DNA of 64,000 bases from an uncultured Bifidobacterium sp. (GTDB lineage Bacteria; Actinomycetota; Acidimicrobiia; Acidimicrobiales; Ilumatobacteraceae): NCBI GenBank assembly GCA_964629075.1, contig CAZVPL010000001.1, forward strand, positions 39,016-103,015. Direction: 5' to 3'. How positions within the stretch are numbered: position 1 is the stretch's first letter; the number at the start of each line of letters is the position of its first letter. Positions 9,316-19,281 of this stretch are shown here, one piece after another. The notes under the pieces are model-generated. The model was not told where the DNA came from. It ran no database searches and was given only the letters and a program-made list of their open reading frames with translations. The position numbers and the translations under genes are program-made.

Positions 9316-10407
9316 ATGGAGATCCCGCAACCCGATCCCGACAAACTGAAGATGTTCTCGTTTGTCCTGTACAGCCAGTTGTCCGGTGCAGTGACGGCCG
9401 GAATGATTCATCTTGGCGACAAGTTGGGGCTCTACAAGGTCCTCGCAGCAGCTGAATCTCCCCTGAGCTCGGGGGAGATTGCAGAGCGTTCGGGACTGCA
9501 CGAGCGTTGGGTGCGGGAGTGGACATCGAATCAGGCTGCCGCTCGGCTGCTCGAGGCCGACCATTCTGACCCGCACGACCCGACGTTCTCGTTGTCCGCC
9601 GAGGGGCGCGCGGTGCTCGCCGACGAGTCGCACCCCTCATTTGGAATGGGGATGTTTCATCGGTTGCCGTCCACGATGGAACGCCTCGCGGAGCTTCCCG
9701 GGTGCTTCGCGTCCGGACTCGGATTCGACTACGACGCACACGGCCACGACGGTGCAGTCGGTATCGAGCGTTCCTTCGAACCGTGGAGCAACGCGAACCT
9801 TGTACCGGTGGTCCTCCCCACCATTGACGGCCTGATCGACCGTCTACAACGCGGGATCCGGGTCGCGGACATCGGTTGTGGTGCGGGCAGCGCAGTGTGC
9901 ACCATGGCCGCCGCCTTCCCGGACAGTTTCTTCTTTGGTTACGACATTTCGCACCACGCTCTCTCCATCGCTCGGGAGAAAGCGGCGAAGCGCGGCTTGA
10001 GGAACGTCAGTTTTGTCGATGTACGCGACGAGGCGATCCCCACTGATGGTTCATTCGGGTTTGTGACGACGTTCGACTGCATCCATGACATGACCCGACC
10101 GCGCGAGATGGTTCACACAATTCGGAGGGCGATCGCAGATGATGGTGTCTGGCTCTTGGTCGACATCAAGGCGATGGAGACCCTCGAGCAGAATGTCGCC
10201 AAGAATCCGATGGCTGCCTTGATGTACGGCATCAGCGTGTTGTCGTGCATGGCTTCGGCGCTGTCTGAAAAGGATGGGGAAGGTTTGGGCACGCTCGGGC
10301 TTCCGGCGGGAAAGGCCGAAGCCTTCGCTCGCGAGGCTGGTTTCGTCTCGTTTTCAGTTCTGCCGGTTGAGCATTCCGTCAACGCGTTCTACGAGGTCAG
10401 ACCGTAG
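9316..10407 (+). CDS. class I SAM-dependent methyltransferase with N-terminal winged-helix-like domain
   Basis: SAM motif I VADIGCGAGSA. N-terminal dimerisation/wHTH-like region (GDKLGLYKVLA...SSGEIAERSGL). Confidence 0.8.
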   Translation: MEIPQPDPDKLKMFSFVLYSQLSGAVTAGMIHLGDKLGLYKVLAAAESPLSSGEIAERSGLHERWVREWTSNQAAARLLEADHSDPHDPTFSLSAEGRAVLADESHPSFGMGMFHRLPSTMERLAELPGCFASGLGFDYDAHGHDGAVGIERSFEPWSNANLVPVVLPTIDGLIDRLQRGIRVADIGCGAGSAVCTMAAAFPDSFFFGYDISHHALSIAREKAAKRGLRNVSFVDVRDEAIPTDGSFGFVTTFDCIHDMTRPREMVHTIRRAIADDGVWLLVDIKAMETLEQNVAKNPMAALMYGISVLSCMASALSEKDGEGLGTLGLPAGKAEAFAREAGFVSFSVLPVEHSVNAFYEVRP

Positions 10408-10421
10408 ACCGGTCTCGATGT

Positions 10422-11624
10422 CTACTTCTTGCAGCCGTCGATGGCCTTCACGATGGGATACGGATTGACGGCCGCACCACCCAAAGGATGCACCTCGAAG
10501 TGGAGATGCGGGGTGGTCGCACCGGTCGAACCGACCGTACCGATGACTTGTCCGGCGGTGACCTTCGTGCCGACGGCGATACCCGGAGCGAAGGTGTCGA
10601 GGTGGGCGTAGAAGAAATACGTTCCGTCTGCCATCGTGAGCCTGAGGGCATTGCCGGACAACTTGGCGGTGTCCGCGGTGGTGACCCGTGTGATTGTTCC
10701 GTCGGCGACGGCGAGAATCTCACGTCCACGATCGGCGATGATGTCGACGCCCTCGTGCTTGCGGTCGGGCCCACGTGGTTCCATCCAAGTGTCGATGAAG
10801 TAGCAGGCGGGGCGCACGGGAAACACGGCAATCGTCATGGGAAGCACCGGGCGCGGCAGCAGACCGAGTTCGATGGCTGTGCCCGGGTCGAGCGCGCCCG
10901 TCGGCGGAAGATTCCGTGCGGTCTGAAACTTCGAGATGGCGCTACGGGTCGCGTTGCCAAAGATTCCGTCCGCTCCACCGAAGACCTCGATGCCGCCGGC
11001 GATCAACGCATTCTGCAGTGCGGCGACAACCTCACCACGTGAGCCCAGAACGGGGAACATTTCGACCGACCACACAATCGGAGCCGGGGTAGGAGCTGGT
11101 GCATCCGTTGCAACGGGGGCCGGAGCAGCAGTTGTCGCAGGTGCGGGTGCGACGGTGGTGGCCGGCGCCGGGGGAACCGTGGTGGTCGCGGGGGCTGTGG
11201 TGGTCGTGGGTGCAGGGGCGGCCGTTGTTGTCGGCGCAACTGTCGCGGCTGTCGCCGCCACGGGTGTCGGCACCAAACCAAGCAGGCGGGCAGTGCGACG
11301 GTCCAAGATGCCGGTGGCGCGGTAGCCGACGACGGCCTGAAAGTTGCGCAGGGTCGCGCGGGTGCGGGGACTGAAGACGCCGTCGACGCCGCCCACGAGT
11401 GTGAAACCCTTTGCGACGAGAGCCTGTTGGAGGGCGCGAACCGCATCCCCAGACTGGCCGAAGCGGGGCAGGCCGGCGCGAGCCGGGGCCTGGACCGCGG
11501 CGCCAGGTGTCGCATTCGTTGCCGCCGATGCTCCCGAAACGCCGCCAAAGACCAACACAGCTGCGCAAACAACAGCTGCGAGTCCTCCGCCGATCCGTGT
11601 GGTTGTCGAGTGCCTGTTTCCCAT
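10422..11624 (-). CDS. secreted M23 peptidase with two peptidoglycan-binding domains
   Basis: Signal/TM segment, two PG_binding-like repeats (GDAVRALQQALVAKGF, GEVVAALQNALIAGGI), a Pro/Ala/Thr linker, and M23 motifs HEGVDI and HLHFEVHP. Confidence 0.9.
   Translation of the reverse strand: MGNRHSTTTRIGGGLAAVVCAAVLVFGGVSGASAATNATPGAAVQAPARAGLPRFGQSGDAVRALQQALVAKGFTLVGGVDGVFSPRTRATLRNFQAVVGYRATGILDRRTARLLGLVPTPVAATAATVAPTTTAAPAPTTTTAPATTTVPPAPATTVAPAPATTAAPAPVATDAPAPTPAPIVWSVEMFPVLGSRGEVVAALQNALIAGGIEVFGGADGIFGNATRSAISKFQTARNLPPTGALDPGTAIELGLLPRPVLPMTIAVFPVRPACYFIDTWMEPRGPDRKHEGVDIIADRGREILAVADGTITRVTTADTAKLSGNALRLTMADGTYFFYAHLDTFAPGIAVGTKVTAGQVIGTVGSTGATTPHLHFEVHPLGGAAVNPYPIVKAIDGCKK
11079..11270 (-). 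repeat. low-complexity Pro/Ala/Thr-rich linker coding repeat inside the M23 peptidase gene
   Basis: Translation is PVAATAATVAPTTTAAPAPTTTTAPATTTVPPAPATTVAPAPATTAAPAPVATDAPAPTPAP. Confidence 0.85.
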
Positions 11625-11806
11625 GTCGTGCTCCTTGCGAGTTGCACAAGGGGCATCGGCTGGTCGGGGAAAGACTTGAGAGAAATCTCACGGAAAATAG
11701 GTAGACCACCACGCAGAGTGGTTTCGGAGGGCAAAGAACCACCGAGGGTTGGTGTCTGTCAGCCCCGGGACCCGGACCCCGACTGGTTCGGCCGGTGTTG
11801 GGGCAG

Positions 11807-12427
11807 CTAGCTCGTGATCAGGGGCCGCACTGGACGCACTTCCCACGTCGCGAGACGCGTGACTGCCTCGAGGAGGTCGGCTCGGGTGAGAACACCTGCG
11901 TGGGCTGCGAACTGGACGGCCAGTCCGTCGATCAAGCCCATCAGACGCATCGCCGAATTGTGGGGTTCGGGACAGTCGAATTCTCCCTCGCTGTTTCCGC
12001 GCGAAACGATCGCCTCGATCAGTGCCACTCCACGTTCGTCGAGCTCTTGGCTGATCCGTCGCATCATTGGGTTGCGCAGAGCCTCACCCCACGCGTCGAT
12101 CCACAGCATCCATTCGAGGTCGTCGCTGCCTTCAGGCACGAAGTCTTCGATCGCGCGCGAAAGCTGCTCGTTGGGGCCCTCGACTTCGAACACGTACTGC
12201 TCGAGTTCGTGAAGCGCCGTGCGCGCGTAGTGCGCAAACGCCTCAGCCAACAAAGCCTCTTTGGATTCGAAGTGATAATGGACAAGGCTCGTTGAAATAC
12301 CGAGCCGCTGTGCGACATCGGACACGCGGGTACCTGCAAAGCCTCGCTCGATGACAACCCGACAGGTGGTTTCCAGAATTTCCTGTCGCCGTTCTTCGAC
12401 GGTTTGTCGCTTCACAGGGCAGAACAT
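11807..12427 (-). CDS. TetR family transcriptional regulator
   Basis: HTH VSDVAQRLGISTSLVHYHFESKEAL. Start is ATG 12427 (MFCPVK) or ATG 12442 (MESETM). The 301-aa ORF extension is rejected. Confidence 0.85.
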   Translation of the reverse strand: MFCPVKRQTVEERRQEILETTCRVVIERGFAGTRVSDVAQRLGISTSLVHYHFESKEALLAEAFAHYARTALHELEQYVFEVEGPNEQLSRAIEDFVPEGSDDLEWMLWIDAWGEALRNPMMRRISQELDERGVALIEAIVSRGNSEGEFDCPEPHNSAMRLMGLIDGLAVQFAAHAGVLTRADLLEAVTRLATWEVRPVRPLITS

Positions 12428-12440
12428 AGTCTCGGATTCC

Positions 12441-12878
12441 ATGGCGCTCACCCTCGATGACATCCGCAAAGAGTCCGACCGCTTCGGACGGCTTGCCTTC
12501 GTGGCAACCGTGTCCCCATCGGGCACCCCGTACGCGTCGCCCGTAGCGGTTGCGTGGCACGGCGAGACGATTCTCGCCTTCCTGGCGTCGAACGAGGCGA
12601 AGGTCGCAAACGTCCGCAAGAACCCGAAAGTCAGTGTGCATTTCTCGGTATCGGCGGAAACCGACTGGGACAGTTGTGTGGTGTGGGGCGACGGTCGCAT
12701 CGTCGACGACACCGCAGGGCGTCAAAGCCTGTGGGACAAGATGGGCTACGACTGCAACATGTTCGAACCCGGCGGACCCGCCGCGGATACCCATGTTTTC
12801 CTGGTGATCAATCCGACGAGAGCGCTGATCTTGCGTAATTACGGCCTGAAGGGGCGCGATTCCTGGCGACGTCGATGA
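12441..12878 (+). CDS. PPOX-class (pyridoxamine 5'-phosphate oxidase-like, probably F420/FMN-binding) protein
   Basis: FGRLAFVATVSPSGTPYASPV...NVRKNPKVSVHF is a split-barrel pattern. Start at MALTLDD (ATG 12441). Stop overlaps the ctaA start (ATGA). Confidence 0.65.
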   Translation: MALTLDDIRKESDRFGRLAFVATVSPSGTPYASPVAVAWHGETILAFLASNEAKVANVRKNPKVSVHFSVSAETDWDSCVVWGDGRIVDDTAGRQSLWDKMGYDCNMFEPGGPAADTHVFLVINPTRALILRNYGLKGRDSWRRR

Positions 12879-13804
12879 AGACGCAACGAGGTTCCAGACG
12901 GGTCTTGTCAGAGGCCGGCTATCGGCGGATCACGTTTGCCGCTCTCGTTGCGCTGTATGCGATCGTGATCACGGGTTCACTGGTTCGGTTGACCGGGTCG
13001 GGTTTGGGTTGCGTCGACTGGCCGCGTTGCAACGAAGAGAAGTTCATCGACGTCTCAACGGGTCACGGAGCCATCGAACAGGTCAATCGCCTCTTCACGG
13101 GCATCGTGACCGCGAGTGTCATTTTGGCCGTCCTCGGCAGTCTCCGTCTGGCACGTCGCCGTCGGGTTCTTACCGGTCTCTCGGTGGGGCTGGTCGTCGG
13201 TGTTCTGGCCCAGGTGGTCATCGGCGGCATCGTTGTTCTGACCGGCCTCAATCCTTGGGCCAACATGGCGCACTTTCTCGTTTCGATGGTTCTTCTGTCG
13301 AACGCGCTCATCCTTCATCGTCACGTGGGAGAGCCTGATCGGGAGGATGGTCGACGACCAGGGCGTCTTGATCCCCTCGTAGTTGTCGCAGGTTTGTGCG
13401 GGGTTGCAGCCGTCGTGACAGGCACGGTCGTGACAGCCACGGGACCGCATGCGGGCGACGAAGACGCGATTCGCTTGGGCTTTTCGATCCATCACGTTGC
13501 ACGAATTCACGGCAGCACCGTCGTTCTCACACTCGCGGTCGTTGCGTTGTTGTTGTGGCGGACGAAGGGCAAGGACCGCGTGCTCGAATCGAAGGTTTCG
13601 AAGCTCTTCGGGCTCGGACTACTTCAGGCTCTCGTCGGGTACGTTCAGTACCTTGCCGACGTTCCTGCCCTGTTGGTCGCCGTTCACATCGCTTTGGCCG
13701 CCGGAGTCTGGTTGGCGCTGACCGACGTTCTCTGGACGGCTAGTTCGCGGCGAGGCGCTGCATCCCCTGAATCACCCGATAGAAGTCCCGCACTGTCTCA
13801 CTGA
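12875..13804 (+). CDS. ctaA: heme A synthase (COX15/CtaA family)
   Basis: Polytopic membrane protein with the N-terminal LVRLTGSGLGCVDWPRC motif typical of CtaA/COX15. Confidence 0.85.
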   Translation: MKTQRGSRRVLSEAGYRRITFAALVALYAIVITGSLVRLTGSGLGCVDWPRCNEEKFIDVSTGHGAIEQVNRLFTGIVTASVILAVLGSLRLARRRRVLTGLSVGLVVGVLAQVVIGGIVVLTGLNPWANMAHFLVSMVLLSNALILHRHVGEPDREDGRRPGRLDPLVVVAGLCGVAAVVTGTVVTATGPHAGDEDAIRLGFSIHHVARIHGSTVVLTLAVVALLLWRTKGKDRVLESKVSKLFGLGLLQALVGYVQYLADVPALLVAVHIALAAGVWLALTDVLWTASSRRGAASPESPDRSPALSH

Positions 13805-14708
13805 CGATCTCGGCGACGGACTTGATCGACTGAATTCTCCCCGCAACCTGTCCGGTCAAGGCGATCGACGCTTCCATGTCACCGCCGAAATAGAGATCAG
13901 AGGTCTTTGCGAATTGTTCCATTCCCACGTGGTCGGCACGCTCGAGTTCGGTCGTTCGTTCTGTTCGCAGCGCACGCAGGCCGGGCCGCGAGAAACGGTT
14001 GAGGAAAACCGTGTCGGTCTCCTTCGCACTCACGATCGCACGTTTCCAGTTCTCGTGAACCGGAGACTCAAGCGCCGAGACCATGCGCGTACCCATCTGC
14101 ACACCCTCGGCGCCGAGAGCGAAGGCGGCCGCCATGCTCGCACCGTCGGTGATTCCGCCCGCCGCGATGATCGGCACGTCGACGTGCTCGGCCACCAACG
14201 GGAGAAGCACCATGGTCGACACGTCCTTCGGATTCTTGAAGCCGCCACCTTCGCCGCCCTCGACGACGAGTCCGTCAACGCCCGCTTCGACAGCCTTCAG
14301 TGCGGCGGCGAGAGTGGGCACGACATGAAAAACGGTGAGGCCCGCGGCCTTCAGCTTCGACGTGTACTTGGTGGGATCCCCCGCGGACGTGGTGACGAAT
14401 CGAACCCCCTGATCGACGACAAAGTCCGCGATGCCCTCGTCGCGCACGAACAGCTGCGCGATGTTGACGCCGAAAGGCTTCGTCGTCAGTCGTGCCATGG
14501 CGCGGATCTCTTCCTTGATCGCATCGAGGTCGCCCGAGGACGTTTCGATGATTCCCAGCGCTCCGGCATTCGAAACGGCTGAAGCGAGGGGAGATCGGGC
14601 GATCCAGCCCATCGGCGCCTGGACAATTGGGTAGTCGACACCGAGCAGGCGACTCACACGGGTGGAAATAGGTCGAACTTCACCGGTCATGGCGCCATGC
14701 TCGCACAC
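13740..14708 (-). CDS. nitronate monooxygenase / FMN-dependent enoyl-reductase-like protein
   Basis: YPIVQAPMGWIA, then VVEGGEGGGF and IIAAGGI, typical of the NMO (2-nitropropane dioxygenase) family. Alternative start at ATG 14690. Confidence 0.85.
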   Translation of the reverse strand: MCEHGAMTGEVRPISTRVSRLLGVDYPIVQAPMGWIARSPLASAVSNAGALGIIETSSGDLDAIKEEIRAMARLTTKPFGVNIAQLFVRDEGIADFVVDQGVRFVTTSAGDPTKYTSKLKAAGLTVFHVVPTLAAALKAVEAGVDGLVVEGGEGGGFKNPKDVSTMVLLPLVAEHVDVPIIAAGGITDGASMAAAFALGAEGVQMGTRMVSALESPVHENWKRAIVSAKETDTVFLNRFSRPGLRALRTERTTELERADHVGMEQFAKTSDLYFGGDMEASIALTGQVAGRIQSIKSVAEIVSETVRDFYRVIQGMQRLAAN

Positions 14709-14761
14709 CGGAGAGTTCCTCGTTGCAAGGGCGCTGACGAGGGCAGGGTAGTTTTCTCCGC

Positions 14762-15568
14762 ATGTCGTCCGGTGAAGTCCTCTACGAAGTGAGCGAGCAG
14801 ATTGCCACGATCACGCTCAACGCACCCGATCGCATGAACACCATCTCGGGTGTCATGCTTGATGAGCTCTCAGAGGCTCTCTTGCGGGCCGACCGAGATC
14901 GAGGGGTGCGGTGCGTCATCCTGACCGGAGCGGGTCGAGCTTTTTGCGCCGGGCTCGATCTGGCGGCGCAGATGAGCGGTTCGAAGGACGCTCTTGGGAA
15001 CATGGGTGACATCGGTTCGTCGACCGGCGAGTTCGACCTACGCACCGCACCCCCGGTGGTTCTTCACAATCTCGACACACCGGTGATCTGCGCTTTGAAC
15101 GGTGGTGCGGCCGGCTACGGCCTCGACATTGCATTCGGATGCGACATCCGTCTTGCGTCCGAGACAGCGAAGCTCAATCCCGGATTCGCCAAGCGTGGAA
15201 TCCTCCCGGAGAGCGGCGGTACGTGGTTGTTGCCGCGGATCGTGGGCTACGCAAAGGCTGCGGAGATCTCGTTCACCGGACGAACACTCACGGCGGCTGA
15301 GGCGCTGGACCTGGGTCTCGTGAATCACGTTCATCCGGCCGACGAACTTCAGGCGGCAGCCCGTGCGCTCGCCACGGAGATCGCCGCAAATGCTCCGCTC
15401 GCGGTACGGGCGATCAAGCGGATGATGCGCGCCGCCGAGACCGAGACGTTCGAGCAGAACATTCATCACGTTTTTCTCCAGTTGCTTCCGCTGTTCAAGA
15501 CCGCGGATTTCCGCGAGGGCGTGGCGGCATTCATGGAAAAGCGCACACCGGAGTTCAAGGGTCGTTAG
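14762..15568 (+). CDS. enoyl-CoA hydratase/isomerase (crotonase) family protein
   Basis: ILTGAGRAFCAGLDL oxyanion-hole motif. C-terminal FREGVAAFMEKR. Confidence 0.9.
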   Translation: MSSGEVLYEVSEQIATITLNAPDRMNTISGVMLDELSEALLRADRDRGVRCVILTGAGRAFCAGLDLAAQMSGSKDALGNMGDIGSSTGEFDLRTAPPVVLHNLDTPVICALNGGAAGYGLDIAFGCDIRLASETAKLNPGFAKRGILPESGGTWLLPRIVGYAKAAEISFTGRTLTAAEALDLGLVNHVHPADELQAAARALATEIAANAPLAVRAIKRMMRAAETETFEQNIHHVFLQLLPLFKTADFREGVAAFMEKRTPEFKGR

Positions 15569-15595
15569 TTCGACCGTCCGAGGCGGGGGCCGCAG

Positions 15596-16096
15596 GTGAA
15601 GCGAACCGATGCGATGCGACTGCTCGGACTCGACGGTAATTTTTGTGCCGACGATCTCCGTCGTGCGCGCCGTCGTGCATTGATTGTTCATCATCCCGAC
15701 CACGGTGGATCGCGCGAGGCCCTCGCCGACGTCGAGCGCGCCTACGACTTGCTCGGTAAGCAGACATCGGTTGCCCCACCGGCTACTCGTGACTCATCGA
15801 CACGGGTTCGGCGCGGAACTGATCGACCGTCTTTCACCGTCGACGTTCTTCCCGTGGACGCCTTCGAGATACTTCTTCTGGCGGCAGCCGAACTTGCCGA
15901 CGTGTGCGACGACGACCCGCCTTATCGTCTCGAGGTTCGGATGAGCGATCCCGTCGATACGTGGATCACATTCGAGGTGGTGCCTGACGCCGGTTCCTCA
16001 ACCGTGTCGATCACGGTCGACAGTTCGAGTGGTGTCGACATCGAGGAAATCCGCGATTTGTGGATCACGACAATCAACGGTCTGCGGACGCCCTGA
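15596..16096 (+). CDS. J-domain protein with uncharacterised C-terminal domain
   Basis: N-terminal ~55 aa (AMRLLGLDGNFCADDLRRARRRALIVHHPDHGG...ERAYDLL) carries the HPD tripeptide (15692-15700). GTG start at 15596. The remainder has no motif I recognise. Confidence 0.6.
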   Translation: MKRTDAMRLLGLDGNFCADDLRRARRRALIVHHPDHGGSREALADVERAYDLLGKQTSVAPPATRDSSTRVRRGTDRPSFTVDVLPVDAFEILLLAAAELADVCDDDPPYRLEVRMSDPVDTWITFEVVPDAGSSTVSITVDSSSGVDIEEIRDLWITTINGLRTP

Positions 16097-17057
16097 GCAG
16101 TCGATCGCGGATGGCGGTTCCCACGCCTTCGTCGAGCGGCAGTACGGCGAGAATCACGTCGGCACGGCGATCGTCGCAGTCACGCAGCATCGAATAGAGC
16201 GAACGCGAATACTCGAAGTCATCGGCCGGCCTGGGCACTATCGCCACCGTCCGACCCGCGGCCGCGTGTCGATTGCGTGCTTCGGCGAGATGTCCGTCCG
16301 ACTCGAAGACTTCGAGTCGTGTCGATGGTGCGTAGTGCGAACGCAACATTCCGGGCGCGATCGCGCTCGAGTCATCCGAGCTATTCGTTGACACTTGGCG
16401 TTCTTCGGTTGCGATCCCGTGTTCGGCGAGCGAGGACGAGACGGCTTCGTGAGTGACCGCTCCGGGGCGAAGTATCCGCGCTTTTGCGGTCGTGCAGTCG
16501 ACGATCGTCGACTCGAGTCCGACGCTGCAAGGCCCTCCGTCGAGTACCGCGTCGATCTCTTCACCAATGTCGGAGAGGACATGTTGAGCGGTGGTGGGAC
16601 TGATCGATCCGAATCGGTTCGCCGAAGGTGCGGCGAGGCCACAACTTCCTGCGTCATGGAGTCGGACGAGAAGACGCAGGGTGGCCGGATGCCGCGGCAC
16701 GCGGACGACGACGGTGGGCCTGGCGCCCGTGACCACCGACGACACAATGGTCGACTTCGCTGTGAGAACGGACAACGGACCGGGCCAGAAAGTTCTTCCG
16801 AGAACTTCGGCGGACGCCGACCACGCAGACGAAAGCAATCTTGCGTGATCCAGGTCGGCGACATGAACGATGAGGGGATGACCGGTCGGCCTGCCCTTTA
16901 CCGCAAAGACCCGCGCAACAGCGGAGGGATTCGAGGCATCCGCTCCGAGGCCGTAGACGGTTTCGGTGGGTATCGCAACGAGTCCACCCTCGAGAAGCAC
17001 CCGTGCAGCCGAGTCGACCTCGGCAACACTTTCGCCACGAAAGAGCCTGGCGGTCAT
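16074..17057 (-). CDS. L-threonylcarbamoyladenylate synthase (Sua5/YwlC/TsaC family, with Sua5 C-terminal domain)
   Basis: VAIPTETVYGLGADAS, FAVKGRPTGHPLIVHV, GLAAPSANRFG. Start placed at MTARLF (ATG 17057), about 30 aa before PTETVYG as in homologues. A longer form from ATG 17141 is possible. Confidence 0.85.
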   Translation of the reverse strand: MTARLFRGESVAEVDSAARVLLEGGLVAIPTETVYGLGADASNPSAVARVFAVKGRPTGHPLIVHVADLDHARLLSSAWSASAEVLGRTFWPGPLSVLTAKSTIVSSVVTGARPTVVVRVPRHPATLRLLVRLHDAGSCGLAAPSANRFGSISPTTAQHVLSDIGEEIDAVLDGGPCSVGLESTIVDCTTAKARILRPGAVTHEAVSSSLAEHGIATEERQVSTNSSDDSSAIAPGMLRSHYAPSTRLEVFESDGHLAEARNRHAAAGRTVAIVPRPADDFEYSRSLYSMLRDCDDRRADVILAVLPLDEGVGTAIRDRLLRASADR

Positions 17058-17071
17058 AGTTTGCACGCCGT

Positions 17072-17124
17072 GTTCAACATCGTCACGTTCAACATCGTCA
17101 CGCTCAACATCGTCACGTTCAACA
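17072..17124. repeat. 15-bp tandem repeat, about 3.5 copies (GTTCAACATCGTCAC)
   Basis: Read directly: gttcaacatcgtcac / gttcaacatcgtcac / gCtcaacatcgtcac / gttcaaca. Lies between the hydrolase stop (17119-17121) and the Sua5 start (17057). Confidence 0.95.
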
Positions 17125-17814
17125 AAGGATTCTGGTTTCAAGAAACTTCATGACGGAGTCGATGAAGGCGAATGACCCCGGTGTCGCGAAGTGATCGGTC
17201 CGAGGCAGGGTCTCGAGCCGACCGTCGGGAAATGCCGATGCGAGTGCATCCGCGGGTGCAGCGAAGTCACGGTCGCCGATGCAGACGAGAACGGGGCAAG
17301 TGACCACCGACAATTGATCGGGAGCGAGAAGAGTCGAGGGTGGTCTCTTCAGAATCGCCGAGAGGGCGTCGACATCGTTTTCTTCCTGGTGCGCATACTG
17401 TCCGAACAGGCGTGCGATGTTGTCGTCGGCCGGGGCGGTGCCTTCGATTCCTGCCAAGAGACGCGCCGTTTCTTCGGGTTTGTGGGGCTCGAACACTCCG
17501 TTGCCGATGCCGGCGAGAACGAGGCCTGCGAACCGCACGGGATCACGCAACGCGGCGCGAAGAGCGGTCAGTGCTCCGAGCGAGAAGGCGACGACGACAG
17601 ATGGTTCCTGTGGCATCGCGTCGAGCAGATAGCCCGCCAAGTCGGCGTAGGCCTCGGGGTCGTGGGGCTTGGCCGCCGCTCCGTGGCCCAACAGGTCGAC
17701 GCCGACGACGTCGCAACCCGTATCGGCGAAGATTCGGTCGATGCCGGGAGCCTGCCACGTATCACGAAACGATCCGCCCCAACCGTGAACGAGAACGAGC
17801 GATTTCGTGGTCAT
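17119..17814 (-). CDS. alpha/beta-fold hydrolase
   Basis: LVLVHGWGGS oxyanion region, nucleophile-elbow-like VVAFSLGAL, C-terminal HF. Confidence 0.8.
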   Translation of the reverse strand: MTTKSLVLVHGWGGSFRDTWQAPGIDRIFADTGCDVVGVDLLGHGAAAKPHDPEAYADLAGYLLDAMPQEPSVVVAFSLGALTALRAALRDPVRFAGLVLAGIGNGVFEPHKPEETARLLAGIEGTAPADDNIARLFGQYAHQEENDVDALSAILKRPPSTLLAPDQLSVVTCPVLVCIGDRDFAAPADALASAFPDGRLETLPRTDHFATPGSFAFIDSVMKFLETRILC

Positions 17815-17824
17815 GGTCGCCTAG

Positions 17825-19273
<1,449 letters not shown>

Positions 19274-19281
19274 GCGTTCCG

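Noticed and set aside
11625-11806. Possible cyclic-di-AMP (ydaO-type) riboswitch in the leader of the M23 cell-wall hydrolase gene
   Set aside because: By eye I could not find the conserved core elements I remember for that class (for example the GGGGUGAAUC-like and CCGACAGCUAACC-like segments). The question is left open only as a scan suggestion.
17072-17124. CRISPR-like array
   Set aside because: The units are directly adjacent 15-mers with no spacers, and no cas genes are present. It is a simple tandem repeat.
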